A stretch of 64,000 nt of DNA from Takakia lepidozioides. Taxonomy: Eukaryota; Plantae; Bryophyta. Numbering within the stretch: position 1 is the stretch's first letter; each line of letters opens with the position of its first letter. The stretch covers positions 2,418,001-2,482,000 of the forward strand of contig CM060733.1 in NCBI GenBank assembly GCA_030704615.1, in the 5' to 3' direction. Below, in pieces: positions 12,452-25,330 of this stretch. Position numbers and translations under genes: made by a program. The notes below the pieces were generated by a model, which was not told where the DNA came from, searched no databases, and worked only from the letters and a program-made list of their open reading frames with translations.

Positions 12452-14106
12452 CACTACAACAGATGAGCGTTTTTATGACCGCATATATGACTATTTTTTC
12501 AGTCCTATATGCGTTCATGACTACATCACTCTGTAGTGAAAAAAGCCCTGTCATAGCGACTAGTCTTTAGGACTACGTTTTGCAAGTCACAGTCGTGACT
12601 GCGTGCGTGGCACCTGGAGTCATACATAAGAGAGGGATGTAGTCATAACTCTATGACTTACATATGACTAACTATATGACTACATTGTCTGCTGAGCGTT
12701 GCCTACATGGAGAGGCTTTAGAGGAACACGTGCACCACTACGCAAGTGACACGTCATGACACCTGTTGCACTTTAGATGTGACATGTGGCACTTAGACAG
12801 AATATATGACTAGCATATATGACTACTTATCTTTACACATGGTGAAAATATGGATAAAAGAATGTCGTGTCATATAATGCCACGTGTTCTAGTTCGAGCA
12901 GGGTTTATGCCACGTGTCATCAAGAATGTTCTTTGAAAATAATTTAATAGTTTATATTTGTAATTTTAAATTCTTAAACTTATATTTTATTTAAAAAAAC
13001 AAGGGAATAGCAGCTTGGAAAATTTTATTAAATGGTAGTATTGTTTAATTTGATAATATTATATAAAATAAAAATATATTAAATGATTTAAATTCTTCAT
13101 TACATGGTGAAATTATGATATAAAAACAGAATGCCCCTCCTGCATACTAGCAACCACAAGACAATCAAAATAGACCAGTACAGGGGAATACACGCCCTGT
13201 AAATTATATTACAAAAATCCAAATGAGACCAATGTCCCAATGGACACCTCAAAGGCCATAAGGTCCAGAAATTCATGCCTGAAAAGGCCTAGTAAGCAAA
13301 AAATAAGCAAGCCCACACCTGGGCTGAATTGTTGTAATACTAGTTTGTTCTGGTGCTACTAGCTGAATCAAGGACCCTGTTAAACAGAGCAATACTTCTG
13401 GAGATGGCCAATTCTGATAAGAGGAAAAAACAGGGTGAAATGTGTTGAAGAAGGTGCCTTGATTAACAGTGCCTGATTTAATCAATTGTGCCGCTGCCTG
13501 CGGCGGCTTCCAGTTGACCATCTACCCATGCAGGTTTCTTGTACCTATCCTTCCACATGGAATCATAGGTAATCTGGAGCTTGAAATCCGGCCCTCCTGG
13601 ATGAATCTGGACCCACACTCTATCCTTGCTCCTTCAGCTATCCATGCCCCTGCACAAATCATGCATACATCCTCGCCTTGCTGCTAGCAGCTGACAATGA
13701 CAACCTAGAATTGCTTGAGCAAACACCCCAACCCTAGTTATCACACTAGTTCTTATGCGTCTGCTTGCAACAGGCATTCACCTTTTGCTTCGATTGTTCC
13801 ACCATTGACTGAGGTCGGGAACGTATTCACTCCAGAGCTTCTCCTTGAGTCTATGTTATCTATTCTTCGATACTTTCCTATCGACCACATTGGCAGTAAC
13901 ATGTCAAAATCACTCCCCACCATAGATCCACCAACGAGCTAACTTGCAGAATTCAACATAAAAATTTAGGGATGACTCTGATAGCAGGGGAAAACAGGGT
14001 GAAATATGTTGAAGAAGGTACCTTCAATAGCAGCGCCTTGTTCTATGAATTGTGCTGTTGCCGCTGCTATTTCCAGTTGACCATCTACCCACTTGTAGCC
14101 GCTGTG

Positions 14107-15110
14107 CTATTGAAGGAGATCATAGGTCTCCAAAGCCTCCATATCATGTCCTTGCTCTGTATACCCTGCAAGTATCGCGTTCCATGACACCACATCTCGT
14201 TCAGCCATAGTGTTGAAAACTCCCTTCACATCCTTAATGCACCCACATTTGGCATACATGTCCACCAGGGCAGTGTTCAGAATGACATCTGGTACATTTC
14301 CAGCTTTGGCGATGTCACCATGGACCTCTTTCCTCTTTTCCAGAGCTCCCAGGCATGCACACGCATTGCAAACACAAACAAACGTGATGTGGTTGGGGTT
14401 CACCCCTTCGCGCAACATTTGCTCATAGGTCTCCAAAGCATTCCTACCACACCCAATATGCTCGGTAAATCCTGCCAACATTATATTCCATGTGATCAAA
14501 GGTCATTGAGGCATTCTGTTGAAAACTTCGTGAGCATGCATGCATGATGCTCCTCCACTTAACATACATGTTTGACATGGGTGCTGAGTAGAAAAACATT
14601 TGGCATGATTCCACTTTGGATAATGTGACAGTGTAGCTGCTTCCATGCTATCCACGCCTCTACACAAATCATGCATACATCCTTGCCGTGCTGCTAGCAG
14701 CCGACAAATAACAGCCTAGATTTGTTCTAGGAAACACCCAACTCACCTTATCACCTTATCACACTAGTTCCACAAACGTGATGTGGTTGGGCTTCACCCC
14801 TTCGCACATCATTTGCTCATAGGTCTCCAAAGCCTCTATCCCGCGCCCTTGCTGTGCATATCCTGCAATCATCGCACTCCACGACACCACATCTTGTTCA
14901 GCCATAGTGTCGAACACTCCTCGATGCACCCACATTTTGCATACATGCCCACCAGGGTATTGTTCAAAATGACATTTGGTACAATTCCAGCCCTGATGAT
15001 GTCACCATGGACCTCTTTGCAAGCCCTTTTCCAAAGCTGCTAGGGTTGTGTTCAGAATGACATTTGGTACAATTCCAGTCACCATGCACCTCTTTGCCCT
15101 TTTCCAGGGT
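14107..15110 (-). pseudogene. Captured PLS-class PPR gene fragments
   Basis: GVNPNHITFVCVCNACACLGALEKRKEVH...NTALVDMYAKCG...ERDVVSWNAIL, plus further broken copies. Confidence 0.88.
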
Positions 15111-15494
15111 TGCCAGGCTTGTACAAAAGCAGCATCACAAGGTTATACTTGGTGTTGTTGTGCAGCTCAGAGAAGTGACTATCTACATGAAGAGGAGATA
15201 CAAGTGAGCATCACCCTCTCTCATCTAAAACTAGGTTCTTTCAACCATAGTATTGAACTACCAGGGAGAAATACCCAGAGGTGCTAGTTGGTGCTTAGTA
15301 GAACACCATCAAGCCAGAAAGACTGAGTCGAAGTACAACAAATTACTGCTATTATCTCATCTAGAACTATGGATGATAGAGACCCATAACTTTAGTGGAC
15401 AACAACATGCACATCAAATTCCTAACGTTCCATTCAATGTGAGCTCAATAACTTTCTCTTCAATAGCTAAGCAGAGAGGTATGTCCTGTTCAAC

Positions 15495-15929
15495 CTTGCA
15501 AAAATCAGTAGAGACAGGTCCGTCATTCTCACAGACAGCGAGTTCCTGCTTCACCTTCTCCAAGCCATTGCTTACAACTTGCATATCTTCAGTTAATAGC
15601 TTCAGCTGGATCTGCAACAAACTAACTAACACTCACCAGTTAGGTTTGATCTACTTTCCTCAATGCAGGCATGGCTATGTACATTACTCACAATGCCTAT
15701 CTATCATTCACTTCTCCCATTCGCAACCTTGTTGATAGACTAGAGATGGAGAGGTCAGAAGCACCAGAAACACAAACATAGCTTGAAAGATATTTGAAAA
15801 TTTGGGGAACGTTTGTCAAACTACACATGGGTAAGAAGTTGGGTGGAAGGAGACCACCTTAGTTGCAGCTTCCAAGTGTGGCAGGTCTTTGTGGAAGTCC
15901 AGCAAATTTGGCACCTTGTCAGCTACTAC
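15495..15929 (-). pseudogene. Two captured consecutive exons of a class II formin FH2 domain (15858-15929 and 15495-15611)
   Basis: Exons VVADKVPNLLDFHKDLPHLEAATK and IQLKLLTEDMQVVSNGLEKVKQELAVCENDGPVSTDFCK, each bounded by AG/GT and phase 0. Confidence 0.85.
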
Positions 15930-18055
15930 CTATATGATCACTCAGGGAAATGAAAGGAAATGAAATGGTGCTTTATAACGTCCGCGGAAAGCTCATAGAG
16001 CTTATGGGACAAAATGGAAAGAAAAACATAAGAAAGTTAATTCAAATCTGAATCTCTCAAATTCAAACAAGGTGAAACTCGGTATACTAGGGAAGATGAT
16101 AGCTGAAAAGTGTTATAGAAGGAGACATTTGGAGTCATAAAAAGGGAAAGAAAGAATCTTACATCCACGGGAGGAAGGGAGAAATCAGATAGTACTCTAT
16201 AACGTCCACGGAAATCTCAAAGAGCTTCTGGGACGAGGAGTTTTGGGGATTTTGTGCAAAGCTAATGACAATCCATTACAAGGACGTGAGTGTACTTAAA
16301 GGGTTAAAATAGACATCATGCTAGAAAATTGATTCCTGCCCCACTCTGACCGAGATGTAACTTGTGATTACACTGCCAATCAGACTGCCTGAGCAAGGGA
16401 AGAGAGGGAAGAAGAAAATAGAAATAAGTAGCTGATTTCTAAGTTTCAGAAAGGTGCATCCATCCGAGCCCTGAAGAGGGCATATGAACCACAACAGAAC
16501 AACAAGAGAAACTGAGAGGGAAGAAAGAATGAAATGAAATGGTACTTTATAACGTCCGTGGAAAGGTCAAAGTGCTTATGGGACAAAATGGAAGGAAGGA
16601 AAAGAAATTACATTCACGGAAGGACAAGGGGGCCCGAGGGACACCAGAAAGAAATGAAATGAAATGACAGGATACTTCATGATGGGGAGGGTAACATCTT
16701 GTTTAAGTGACGGATTGCTGTCAGAAGAGTGGTCTATCTTACAGAAATTTTTCCTGAGATCAAAGGAGGATGAACGTCAGTCCTTGCGCTAGGTTTAAAT
16801 GTGCATCGGGTCATATAGGCATTTATGCATTTCCTAGATTTATCTACTGATAAGTGGTTCACCTCTTCCTCAATCAACTAGTAGGATCCATTGCAATTGT
16901 GGATGAAGCCAAGGCCTTGCTTGCCAGGTATAACATTCATGTCACAAAAGTATCCATTCCACAGCTTCTCCTCACCTCTATTACAAAATTTCCTGTTATC
17001 ACATTGGCAGTATCATGTCAAACTCACTCCAAACTAGATTCACTCAACCAGCTAACTTGCAGAATTCAACATGGAAATTTAGGGCCGATTCTGATAAGAG
17101 GGAAAAACAGGGTGAAATGTGTTGAAGGAGGTACCTTCAATAGAAGTGCCTGACTTTATCAATTGCGCCGCTGTTGCTGCCGCTTCCAGTTGACCATCTA
17201 CCCATGTAGGTTTCTTGTAGCTATCCTTCCACAGGGAATCATAGGTAATGTGGAGTTTGAAATCCAGCCCTCTTGGATGAATCTGGACCCACACTCTATC
17301 CTTGCTCCTTCATGCCTCTGACAGCCTAGAATTCTACCAGCAAACACCCCAACCATACTGGTGTGGAGTTCTTCCCCAAAACACCCCAACCCTACTTATC
17401 ACAATCTGAAATGCATCTACTTCTCTCTGTAATCCAACATGCATTCAGCTTTTTGTCTCCATTGTCCCCATTGTCCCACCATTGACTGGGGTCGGAAAGT
17501 GTTCACCCCAAAGCTTCTCCTCACCTCTACTATATGTTTTTGGATACTTCCCTGCTGTAAGACTGCCAGTAACTTGCCAAAGTCACTCCAAACCACCACA
17601 GATCTACCCAACGACCTAACTTATAGAATTCAATATGCATCTTGCGGCCAAGTCTGATGAGAGGGCATCACAGGCTGAAATAGGTTGAAGAAGAAGGTGC
17701 CCTCACCACATTGTCCTTGACCTCGTGTCCTGACCCAAAGGACCTCTTGTGTGTGCTGCTTGTGTCTGTAGTCAGGTAATGTCGGATTGGTCTATGAGAT
17801 CGAACCACTACGGTGCAGCTTAGTAGGTAGAGATTGAAACACGCTTGCTAAGACCAAGCTGACTCTCCCAAGAACGGCGAGCTTCTCCTCGTCTCGTCTC
17901 CTCCTCCTCTTCTCCTTCCTGCATCATTTGCTCAACGCCTCCATCCCACGCCCCTGCATATCCTGCTATCATCACGTTCTATCCCTCGGCTAGGTGGTGT
18001 GGCGCAAGAGACCAAAAAATGCAAAGTCCCATCCCTCCTCTCTGTTCACGATTAC

Positions 18056-18162
18056 CCTAATGGACAACCTTATTAGCAATTTTTTAACTTTTTAAAACCT
18101 AATGGACAACCTTATTAGCAATTTTTTAACTTATTAAAACCTAATGGGCAACCTTATTAGCA
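18056..18162. repeat. Tandem repeat of about 42 bp, about 2.5 copies
   Basis: CCTAATGGACAACCTTATTAGCAATTTTTTAACTT repeated in tandem. Confidence 0.8.
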
Positions 18163-18500
18163 TTATATGTGCCTTCAAAATGACACGTGTAGTGATGTAG
18201 TCGTATAAATAGAGTTGTGAAACCATCTTCAGTCATGGAGTCATAAGATTCCATGAAACGTCGTCCACGTCTAGTCAAACACGTATCACACTAGTCATAT
18301 AAACCATCCTTGTCATCATGGTCAACAATGTTTGACCAATGCTCCCTAACTTTCCGAAGTTATGTAGTGATATCCATTACTACAGAGTCGTAAAACTATG
18401 ACTGCAACACATTTCAGCGCTCTGTAGTCGTCTACCTAGTGCAGTTTTTATGACTCCGCCAAAGCCGTAGTTCTAAAAACGCTCATCTCTTGTAGTGTGG

Positions 18501-18840
18501 GCGGAGAATGCATCTCGATACTGAAGGCATATAGAACGGCTAACTAGACGGTAGATGACCTCCCCCACGACAATATGACGTATGCTAGGACCGGTGTGTT
18601 TGGACATAGCCAAGAGTCGTGATGCCCCAAGGAGGCGTGCCACTGAAGCATGTATGCGACCACTGGCAATATGAGAGCAAACCTGAATGAGTTGGGCGAA
18701 GCCACTAGCAGAGTCATGGGGATTGAAGCAGTTGCGCAGATGTTCATACAACAAACCAGACGGGCCAGCTGCAGAGAGATGTGGACTGCGTGTAAAAGCC
18801 TTGGTGAAGATGTCATGATCTAGCTGGAGATCTTGGTCCG
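18501..18840 (-). mobile_element. CRE-like retrotransposon segment 2 (RT N-terminal region)
   Basis: SAAGPSGLLYEHL, SRLLAMSK and IRHIVVGEVIYRLVSR motifs. Joins segments 1 and 3 when the insertions are removed. Confidence 0.88.
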
Positions 18841-21273
18841 TGTCGCGCACCTCACTTCGGTAAGTTCCCCTTCAAGTCATAGTTATTCGCTTTGATGCGC
18901 GCGCCTAACTCCCAAACTGGCCGCCGGGCCAACTCGAAGCTTTGGCTGCTCACCGGGACATAACGGTCCCCCTTTGCTCCTCCACAAGACCCTCTCTCAA
19001 TTTGGGCCTAGTGGAAATTCCCTTTGGTTGTTGGCAGTCCGGAACAGCTCCCTTCACCTTTGTCGTTTTCCGGCTCGCACGCTTACTCACTAGTTTTTGG
19101 TCACCAACGGGCTTGCACCGTTCTCGGGGTTACTACTCCCTATATATACTTCTGTGACTGTCCGCGGGGATTTCACAAACAACCCAGTCATTTTATGGCG
19201 AACCACCACGAAAACCCAGGACCAACAACGACACGTTAGTTTCGGAAATTATCCCACTCACAAACATTAACTGACTCCCTTTATGCAAGGGGCCAGACTC
19301 CTGATACAACTCACAAGAGTAGTTGCCTACCTTGCAAGTCTTGGCGACCACCGCTTCCACCAAGCGGCTGATGGAATCTTCGGACAGCTCCATGGTTGCC
19401 CGAGTCATGTTCAATTGTCGGGGTTTCGCGCACTTTTTGGCCATGTGCCTGGACTCCCCGCAATTAAAGCACACTCCATCGAAGGTTGTCTTCTGTCCGC
19501 TATAAGCTGTCGCACTTGATTTTCCTTTCGGAGCACCAGGTGCCACCTTGACATGTGAAGGTCCTCCCTTCGATTTCTATGTGCCATTGTCGCCGCGTGG
19601 CCTATCCCACTTCTTTTCCGGTCGGAAGGAGTCACCCTCCCGCCGAGTCTTCTTGTGGTTCAGCTCCGTACGGCCTTGTCTTTCGCCCTTACGGACATCC
19701 GAGAAACATTCAGCCCTTTCAATTGCCTTGTTCAAAGTCTTAGGTGGCTTCTCCTCCAACTTCTGTCTGGCCCATGGGGCCAGTCTCGCCACAAAGTTGA
19801 AGACCATTTCTGGTTCCGCCATATCCGCGACTTTGAGCAACAGCACATTGAAAGCCTGAACATATCCCCGAATGTCATCCGTTTGCTTCAAATTCCTCAT
19901 CTTGTCACGGGCGAGCCAGGATGCGTTGAGGGGAACAAACTATCTTTTCATAAGTTCCCTGAACCCACTCCAGTTCAAGGTTTCCGGGTTTGGACCTTGG
20001 TCGTGAATGCGTTTCTGCCACCATTGTTGAGCATAGCCCCTTAAATAGGTGGGAGCCACTTCCACCCGATCCTCGTCACTCAACTTGGCCGCCCGGAAGT
20101 ACTGCTCTAGCTCCAAGAGGTAGGTGTTGAGTGCCTTCCGATTTTGGACGCCCTCGAAGGTGTCGGGTTCCTTAGGCTTCACCTTAAACTTTGCCTTAGT
20201 GGAAGTGGCATTAGCCGCCTTCAACACGTCTTTCAACGTCCCGCCAAACTGCGCCAACAACCCTTCCCAAAAGGCTGCTGGCATGGGAGACATCTGTTGG
20301 TCTGGCGGAGCCTCCGGGAAGTCCTCGGGCTCCGACTCCCCAGATTTCTCCCGTTCTTGAGCGGCCTCGCTTTCAAAAGCTTGAATCACCTCCTCAAATT
20401 GCCGCTTCGGTGACACATCGCCCCCATCGGGCTCACCAGGATCATCATCTGATCGGGCCGTTCCGCTTTCGCTTTGGCTTGCCCGACCCCATGATAAGGC
20501 CGATCTCAAGGACGATCACGTACTGAACTCTAAGCTCTGATATCAAGTGTCGCGCACCTCACTTCGGTTAGCTCCCCTTCAAGTCATAGTTACTCGCTTT
20601 GATGCGCGCGCCTAACTCCCAAACTGGCCATCGGGCCAACTCGGAGCTTCGGCTGCTCACCGGGACATAACGGTCCCCCTTTGCTCCTCCACAAGACCCT
20701 CTCTCAATTTGGGCCTAGTGGAAATTCCCTTTGGTTGTTGGCAGTCCGGAACAGCTCCCCACACCTTTGTCGCTTTCCGGCTCGCACGCTTACTCACTAG
20801 TTTTTGGTCACTAATGGGCTTGCACCTTTCTCGGGGTTACTACTCTCTATATATACTTCTGTGACTATCCGCGGGGGTTTCACAAACAACCCAGTCATTT
20901 TATGGCGAACCACCACGAAAACCCTCGATTCCCGGTGATGAGTCGCGTTGAGTCTTGGCCCACCCACCACGGCCCCATTGGACCGTGATGAGTCCCAAGA
21001 CTCCCCACGACTCCCAACACAAGGTCTCCGCCCCCATGGTGAGTCATATGACACCCCCACTAAGTCCCACTAAGCTACCACCACCCCTTGTGGAGCCACC
21101 CCCACCGCAACTCGGTGTGCGGGGCTCCACCTAGTGAGCGCCTCCGCCTTCTTGAGTGCCTTGGGCACTCAAGGGTGCTTCAGCCCCCCGTACCTATTGC
21201 TACCACCGCCCCCACCACAGGGGCAGTCCCTCCCGCGTCCCGACCCCTTGCCCTCAAGGCAAAGGCCGCGACA
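18841..21273 (-). mobile_element. Internally deleted LTR retrotransposon (gag only)
   Basis: Termini TGTCGCG...CGCGACA with 5-bp TSD GTCCG (18836-18840 and 21274-21278). Full 5' LTR at 20548-21273, partial 3' LTR at 18841-19217. PBS-like TGATATCAGAGC (tRNAiMet type) at 20534-20545. Confidence 0.92.
19218..20509 (-). pseudogene. Ty3/gypsy gag with CCHC knuckle, disrupted and truncated at the start of protease
   Basis: KPKEPDTFEG, TYLRGYAQQWW, LKQTDDIRGYVQAF and CFNCGESRHMAKKC motifs. Confidence 0.85.
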
Positions 21274-21278
21274 GTCCG

Positions 21279-22500
21279 GCTCAAAATCATCGACAAAAAC
21301 TGGAAGAATGTGCTCAGATGGGGGATGAAGGGCCTCCAAAGCAGCGACAGTGTCTGAAGAAGGTGGTGCAGGAGTGAAAGGTGCCAGGGCACGCGCTGCA
21401 CGTGAATACTCACCGACATGACCCAACAATAGACTGTGTCGAAGCCATTTGTGGGTAGAGAGGGTCGGTTGTGGCAAGATATTCGGAGGGTTTTGTGCAG
21501 CAAGAGCGTGTGCACGGAGATAGTGCTCGTCTTGCAGACACTCCCAATCCCCAGATAGAAAACGGCGGAGACGGATGCGTGTTTCTCTATGACCAGCACC
21601 CCCACCGCGTGGGGGCCAGACCAAACACCACTGGGCAAAGAGCAAGATAAGATGCCAAGCCGGGATATCAGCAGGATCGCGGGCCAGACGGTCCCGAGGC
21701 ATGCGAAGAGCGTGTTGAACCTCTTGCCTTAGCGCCAACGGGATCCGTGTATAGAGGCGAGGCCGAGGCAGTCCCAGATGAAAAACGCCGAGGACATGTA
21801 GAGTGGAGAGCCAAACCCATGCAGAGGCAAGAGGAGGAGTGGGTGATGCATGTACAGGGATGAATAGAGAAGAACCGTCGGGGTGGGACTGCCGAAAAGC
21901 TGAACAGGTGCGCTGATGGCGGGCAAGGCCTCTGATCCGAGCAAATGGTCGTCCACAAGCAGGACAAGGAATCGGTCATCACCTGGAGAAGCTTGATTGG
22001 ATGTCGATGGCGGCACTGATGTGGAATAACTAGGGGAGCTGGCAAATTGGATCTCCCAGAAGAAGAAGAAGGGGGAAGATCTTGAACTCTTTGTTGAACG
22101 CGGGGTGGAGAGCCAAGCGGGGAGGTGAATAGCATTGGGCGTCCATGCACTTCGGTGGAAGGTCTCTGGAGCACAGTGACTCTTGATTGGTTCGAGTTCG
22201 AGTGTACCACTGGTGCTGACTGGAGTTGCGTTGTTGTTGTCCGGTCGCACATGTGCTGATCATTGTAGGAGACCTGAGGGAGGGGGAGGACTGGCCGCTC
22301 CTCAGGTTGTTTGGGGATATCAGAACTGGGGGCACAGTGGAAGTGGTGTTGGTGCAGGTGATAGCGGTGTCGAGGTAAACGCTGGTGTTGGGAGATGGGA
22401 TCCTGACAATTGCCGTGGTGGGGATGTTGTGGACGATGGGGCTGGTGTTGGAGCAGGGGCCTTTGCGCAGGTGTGGGGCCCACCCCGGGACCCTGGTCAC
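21279..22500 (-). mobile_element. CRE-like retrotransposon segment 1 (5' part, proline-rich N terminus); 5' boundary approximate
   Basis: RLRRFLSGDWECL and GEYSRAARAL...LEALHP motifs. Reads FVDDFEPD|QDLQL across the LTR insertion. Confidence 0.8.
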
Positions 22501-22756
22501 TGATACCTCTGCTACGAGGACGTTAGGATCCTTCATTGTTGTTGTATCGCTCCTCCAGACTCTCTCTCTCTTCATTTCTCTCACTCACTCACCTTGCGTG
22601 AAGCCCTAATGCAATGTGTTGATCTCGACTCAAAACTGCATGTTAACCAAGAATAGTTCTCCAAGAAGTGCGGATTCTAGTTGCAGGGAGATTCGACACT
22701 CGGAATATTGTTTGCAGGGTCGCTTGTAGAGGGTTTTGTGAAGGAATTGGTAACAA

Positions 22757-25330
22757 ATGGGGGGAGGATGTGGAGCAACCGGGAGGCGAGATGAAGTACT
22801 GCTCATCACAGGCTGCTCGGATGGCGGTATAGGCGCTAGTCTTGCCTTGGCATTTAGTGACGCGGGCTACAGTGTTGTGGCGACATCCAGGTCGCTGGAT
22901 ACCATGAGACAGCTGCAGGAAAATCCTCATATTGCAACCTTGGCTATTGATATCACTGTCGAGGCTAACATTCGCGAAGCGGTGGAGACCGTCATGGCAA
23001 AGTATGGCCGCATTGATATTTTGATCAACAACGTTGGCGTTCCTGCCGTGGCTCCCGTTGCCGAGGCCCCTTTAGACTCCCTAGTGGAGAGGACCTTCCA
23101 AACCAATCTATTTGGTATGAATTTTGTGTTGTATCGTGGCGTGAAACCTGAGAGATTCTGTATATTTCGAAATTTTCGTGAAGAATTGCTACGTTCCTTC
23201 TATTCTTTTGCAGTCCATGTCCACGATATGATCTCAGCTAGGCCACTTTCTTATCCAACTTGCACATTTACAGATCGGTCTTCGCATATTGTCGATCCTA
23301 TTCTGGCCTTTGGTTCGGAAAGCTTCCCCTGTTAGTTGCCTATGCACACATTTCATGCTATCCTACGTATGCACACTACTGGAATGCTACGTCCAGTCCG
23401 CCCAGCCACCACAGCGTGCATCTTTCTATTCACCATCACAACATCACAAGGCAGTGCACGTTTGATCATCTCCTTCTTCTCTTCCAAAGCCGAGAGAGAT
23501 CACTCTTTGCTCTGCAGTGCTTTCTTCCTGTGCAGCGCCACTTTCCACGTTGAAGTATGGCCTCATTACTCAATTGCTAGCCAGCTCACAGACCATCACG
23601 TTATTCCATCTCACCGTTCCTGGCTCATTACTCAATTGCTAGCCAGCTCACAGACCATCACGGTATTCCATCTCACCGTTCCTGGCACGTTCACCGTGGA
23701 AGAGAACCGGTAGAACTTTGATATTTGTTCTTCAATGTGACTTCAATCCTAGGTACGTTATAAGAATCTGCCTGGTAACAAAGGTAATGTAATTTGCGAC
23801 AGGTACATCAACCACGATTATCAGAATGCGTCGGCACAATCTAAATCAGAGTGATGAGAACAACTCAGACGTCAACAGCGGCTAACTAGAGGTTCGATAC
23901 TTCCTTACAAGTTAGCAGCAGATTCACTGCTTTTGAGTGCAATTCCACCCTGCTTTGGTTCCAAATTGAGGGCGATGGACTAAACTATGCTGGAAGTAGG
24001 CTATCTCGGAATATTGAAGATCTGGAGAGTATTCCCACATCTTGCCCGAAAGGGGGCACTCATTTTTTGGTACTAAGCCTACCATCGAAATACTAATAAA
24101 ACATAGACTGAAAAATTGAAATGTATTGGCATTGCTTGTCATGAGTTTGCATAATCTTATGTCCTGGTTTTGACTTGTTTGAAGCCCTAGGATGAAACCT
24201 TTGAAATGATGGATTTCGCAGGTCCACTTTTGTTAATTCAAGCAGTTGTGCCACACATGGCTGCTCAAGGGAAGGGTGTAATTGCCAATGTGGGCAGCAT
24301 TGGCACATACGCCGTTGGTCCTTGGGTTGGCATCTACTCCAGCTCAAAAGCAGCTTTGCATTCCTTGAGTGATGCACTTCGGCAAGTATCTCAAATGTCA
24401 TGACAAGAACGAGTAATAGTCCGAAATGAGAAGAGAGAGAGAGAAAGAAATGAATGAAAAAAGGTTCATAACGTCCACAAAGGGCCACAAGGGATGGGAC
24501 AGGGAGAGAGCATTTTTAGATGTAGGATTAATGGCATGAAAGGGAGCATGAAGGTATCTAAAAATCAGTGAAACAGAAAGAGGTGCTCAGCAATTAATAC
24601 GCATGGGAGCAGACTGATATTTAGAGCCATGGATGATTACAAGTTGTCACCTAGTTTCAATTGGGCAAAGTTCTTTGGCTTGAATCAAGTTGTCTCCAGG
24701 CCTTTTTGAGAGACTGTTGCAGATGTTTCCTGATTCTTGTCGAAATTGCAAGACACATACAATCTGATTCTTGCCTGCACACCCAGCATGCTGATTATTC
24801 CATCGGCTGTAGTGACATCCTTTTGATATATATACTGTCTAGGTCACTCAGCAGTCAAGAGCATCCAATTCTGTCTACTAACCCAAGGACTGTTGTCCTT
24901 GGCTATATGTCTTGTATAATTATGCAACCTCTATCACGTATCTAGGTTTCAAATTCAAAACGGTAGAATGCTTGAGAGAGCCCCATGGAATTGATCTAGG
25001 CACTGAGGTCAGTTTTCTGGCTTTTAGAATCTCAAATGGTTGTAAAGGTTGTCCCAAGTCACTTTCTTGCTTTTCTCCAGTCCTGTGTCGCACCAATTAT
25101 CTGACGGTCAGCTTTTGACGTGTAGCATGTGTCACTTCCTTCTCTCCATGCCATTTTTTATTTCAATAACTCTTATGTCAGTTTAAGGGACACAGCGCTG
25201 GTGGTGACTGCTGATGTGGGATCAACTTGGTAATCTAAAAACTTGATTGACACTATCTTGCCAGGCAGGAGCTGAAGCCGTTTGGAATCGTGATTCTGGC
25301 TCAAGAAGTTTCTGTGAGCAATCCCCTCTG
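22757..25330 (+). pseudogene. Short-chain dehydrogenase/reductase (AYR1/SDR type), apparently 3' truncated; exons 22757-23114, 24222-24381, 25265-~25330
   Basis: TGCSDGGIG Rossmann motif, NNVG, catalytic YSSSK, and DALR|QELKPFGI across a GC-AG intron. Similarity ends after PFGI. Confidence 0.75.
23562..23685. repeat. 62-bp tandem duplication in SDR intron 1
   Basis: CTCATTACTCAATTGCTAGCCAGCTCACAGACCATCACG...CCTGG occurs twice. Confidence 0.9.

Larger units (their letters stand above)
12452..18497. mobile_element. Non-autonomous CACTA (En/Spm) element carrying host gene fragments (Pack-CACTA)
   Basis: TIRs CACTACAACAGATGAGCGTTTTTA and its near-identical inverse ending ...CTTGTAGTG. 3-bp TSD TGG (12449-12451 and 18498-18500). 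Dense subterminal ATGACT/AGTCAT repeats. No transposase seen. Confidence 0.92.

Noticed and set aside
21668-22609. Several overlapping 100-270 aa ORFs as independent genes
   Set aside because: They are alternative frames of the GC-rich, low-complexity 5' region of the CRE-like element.
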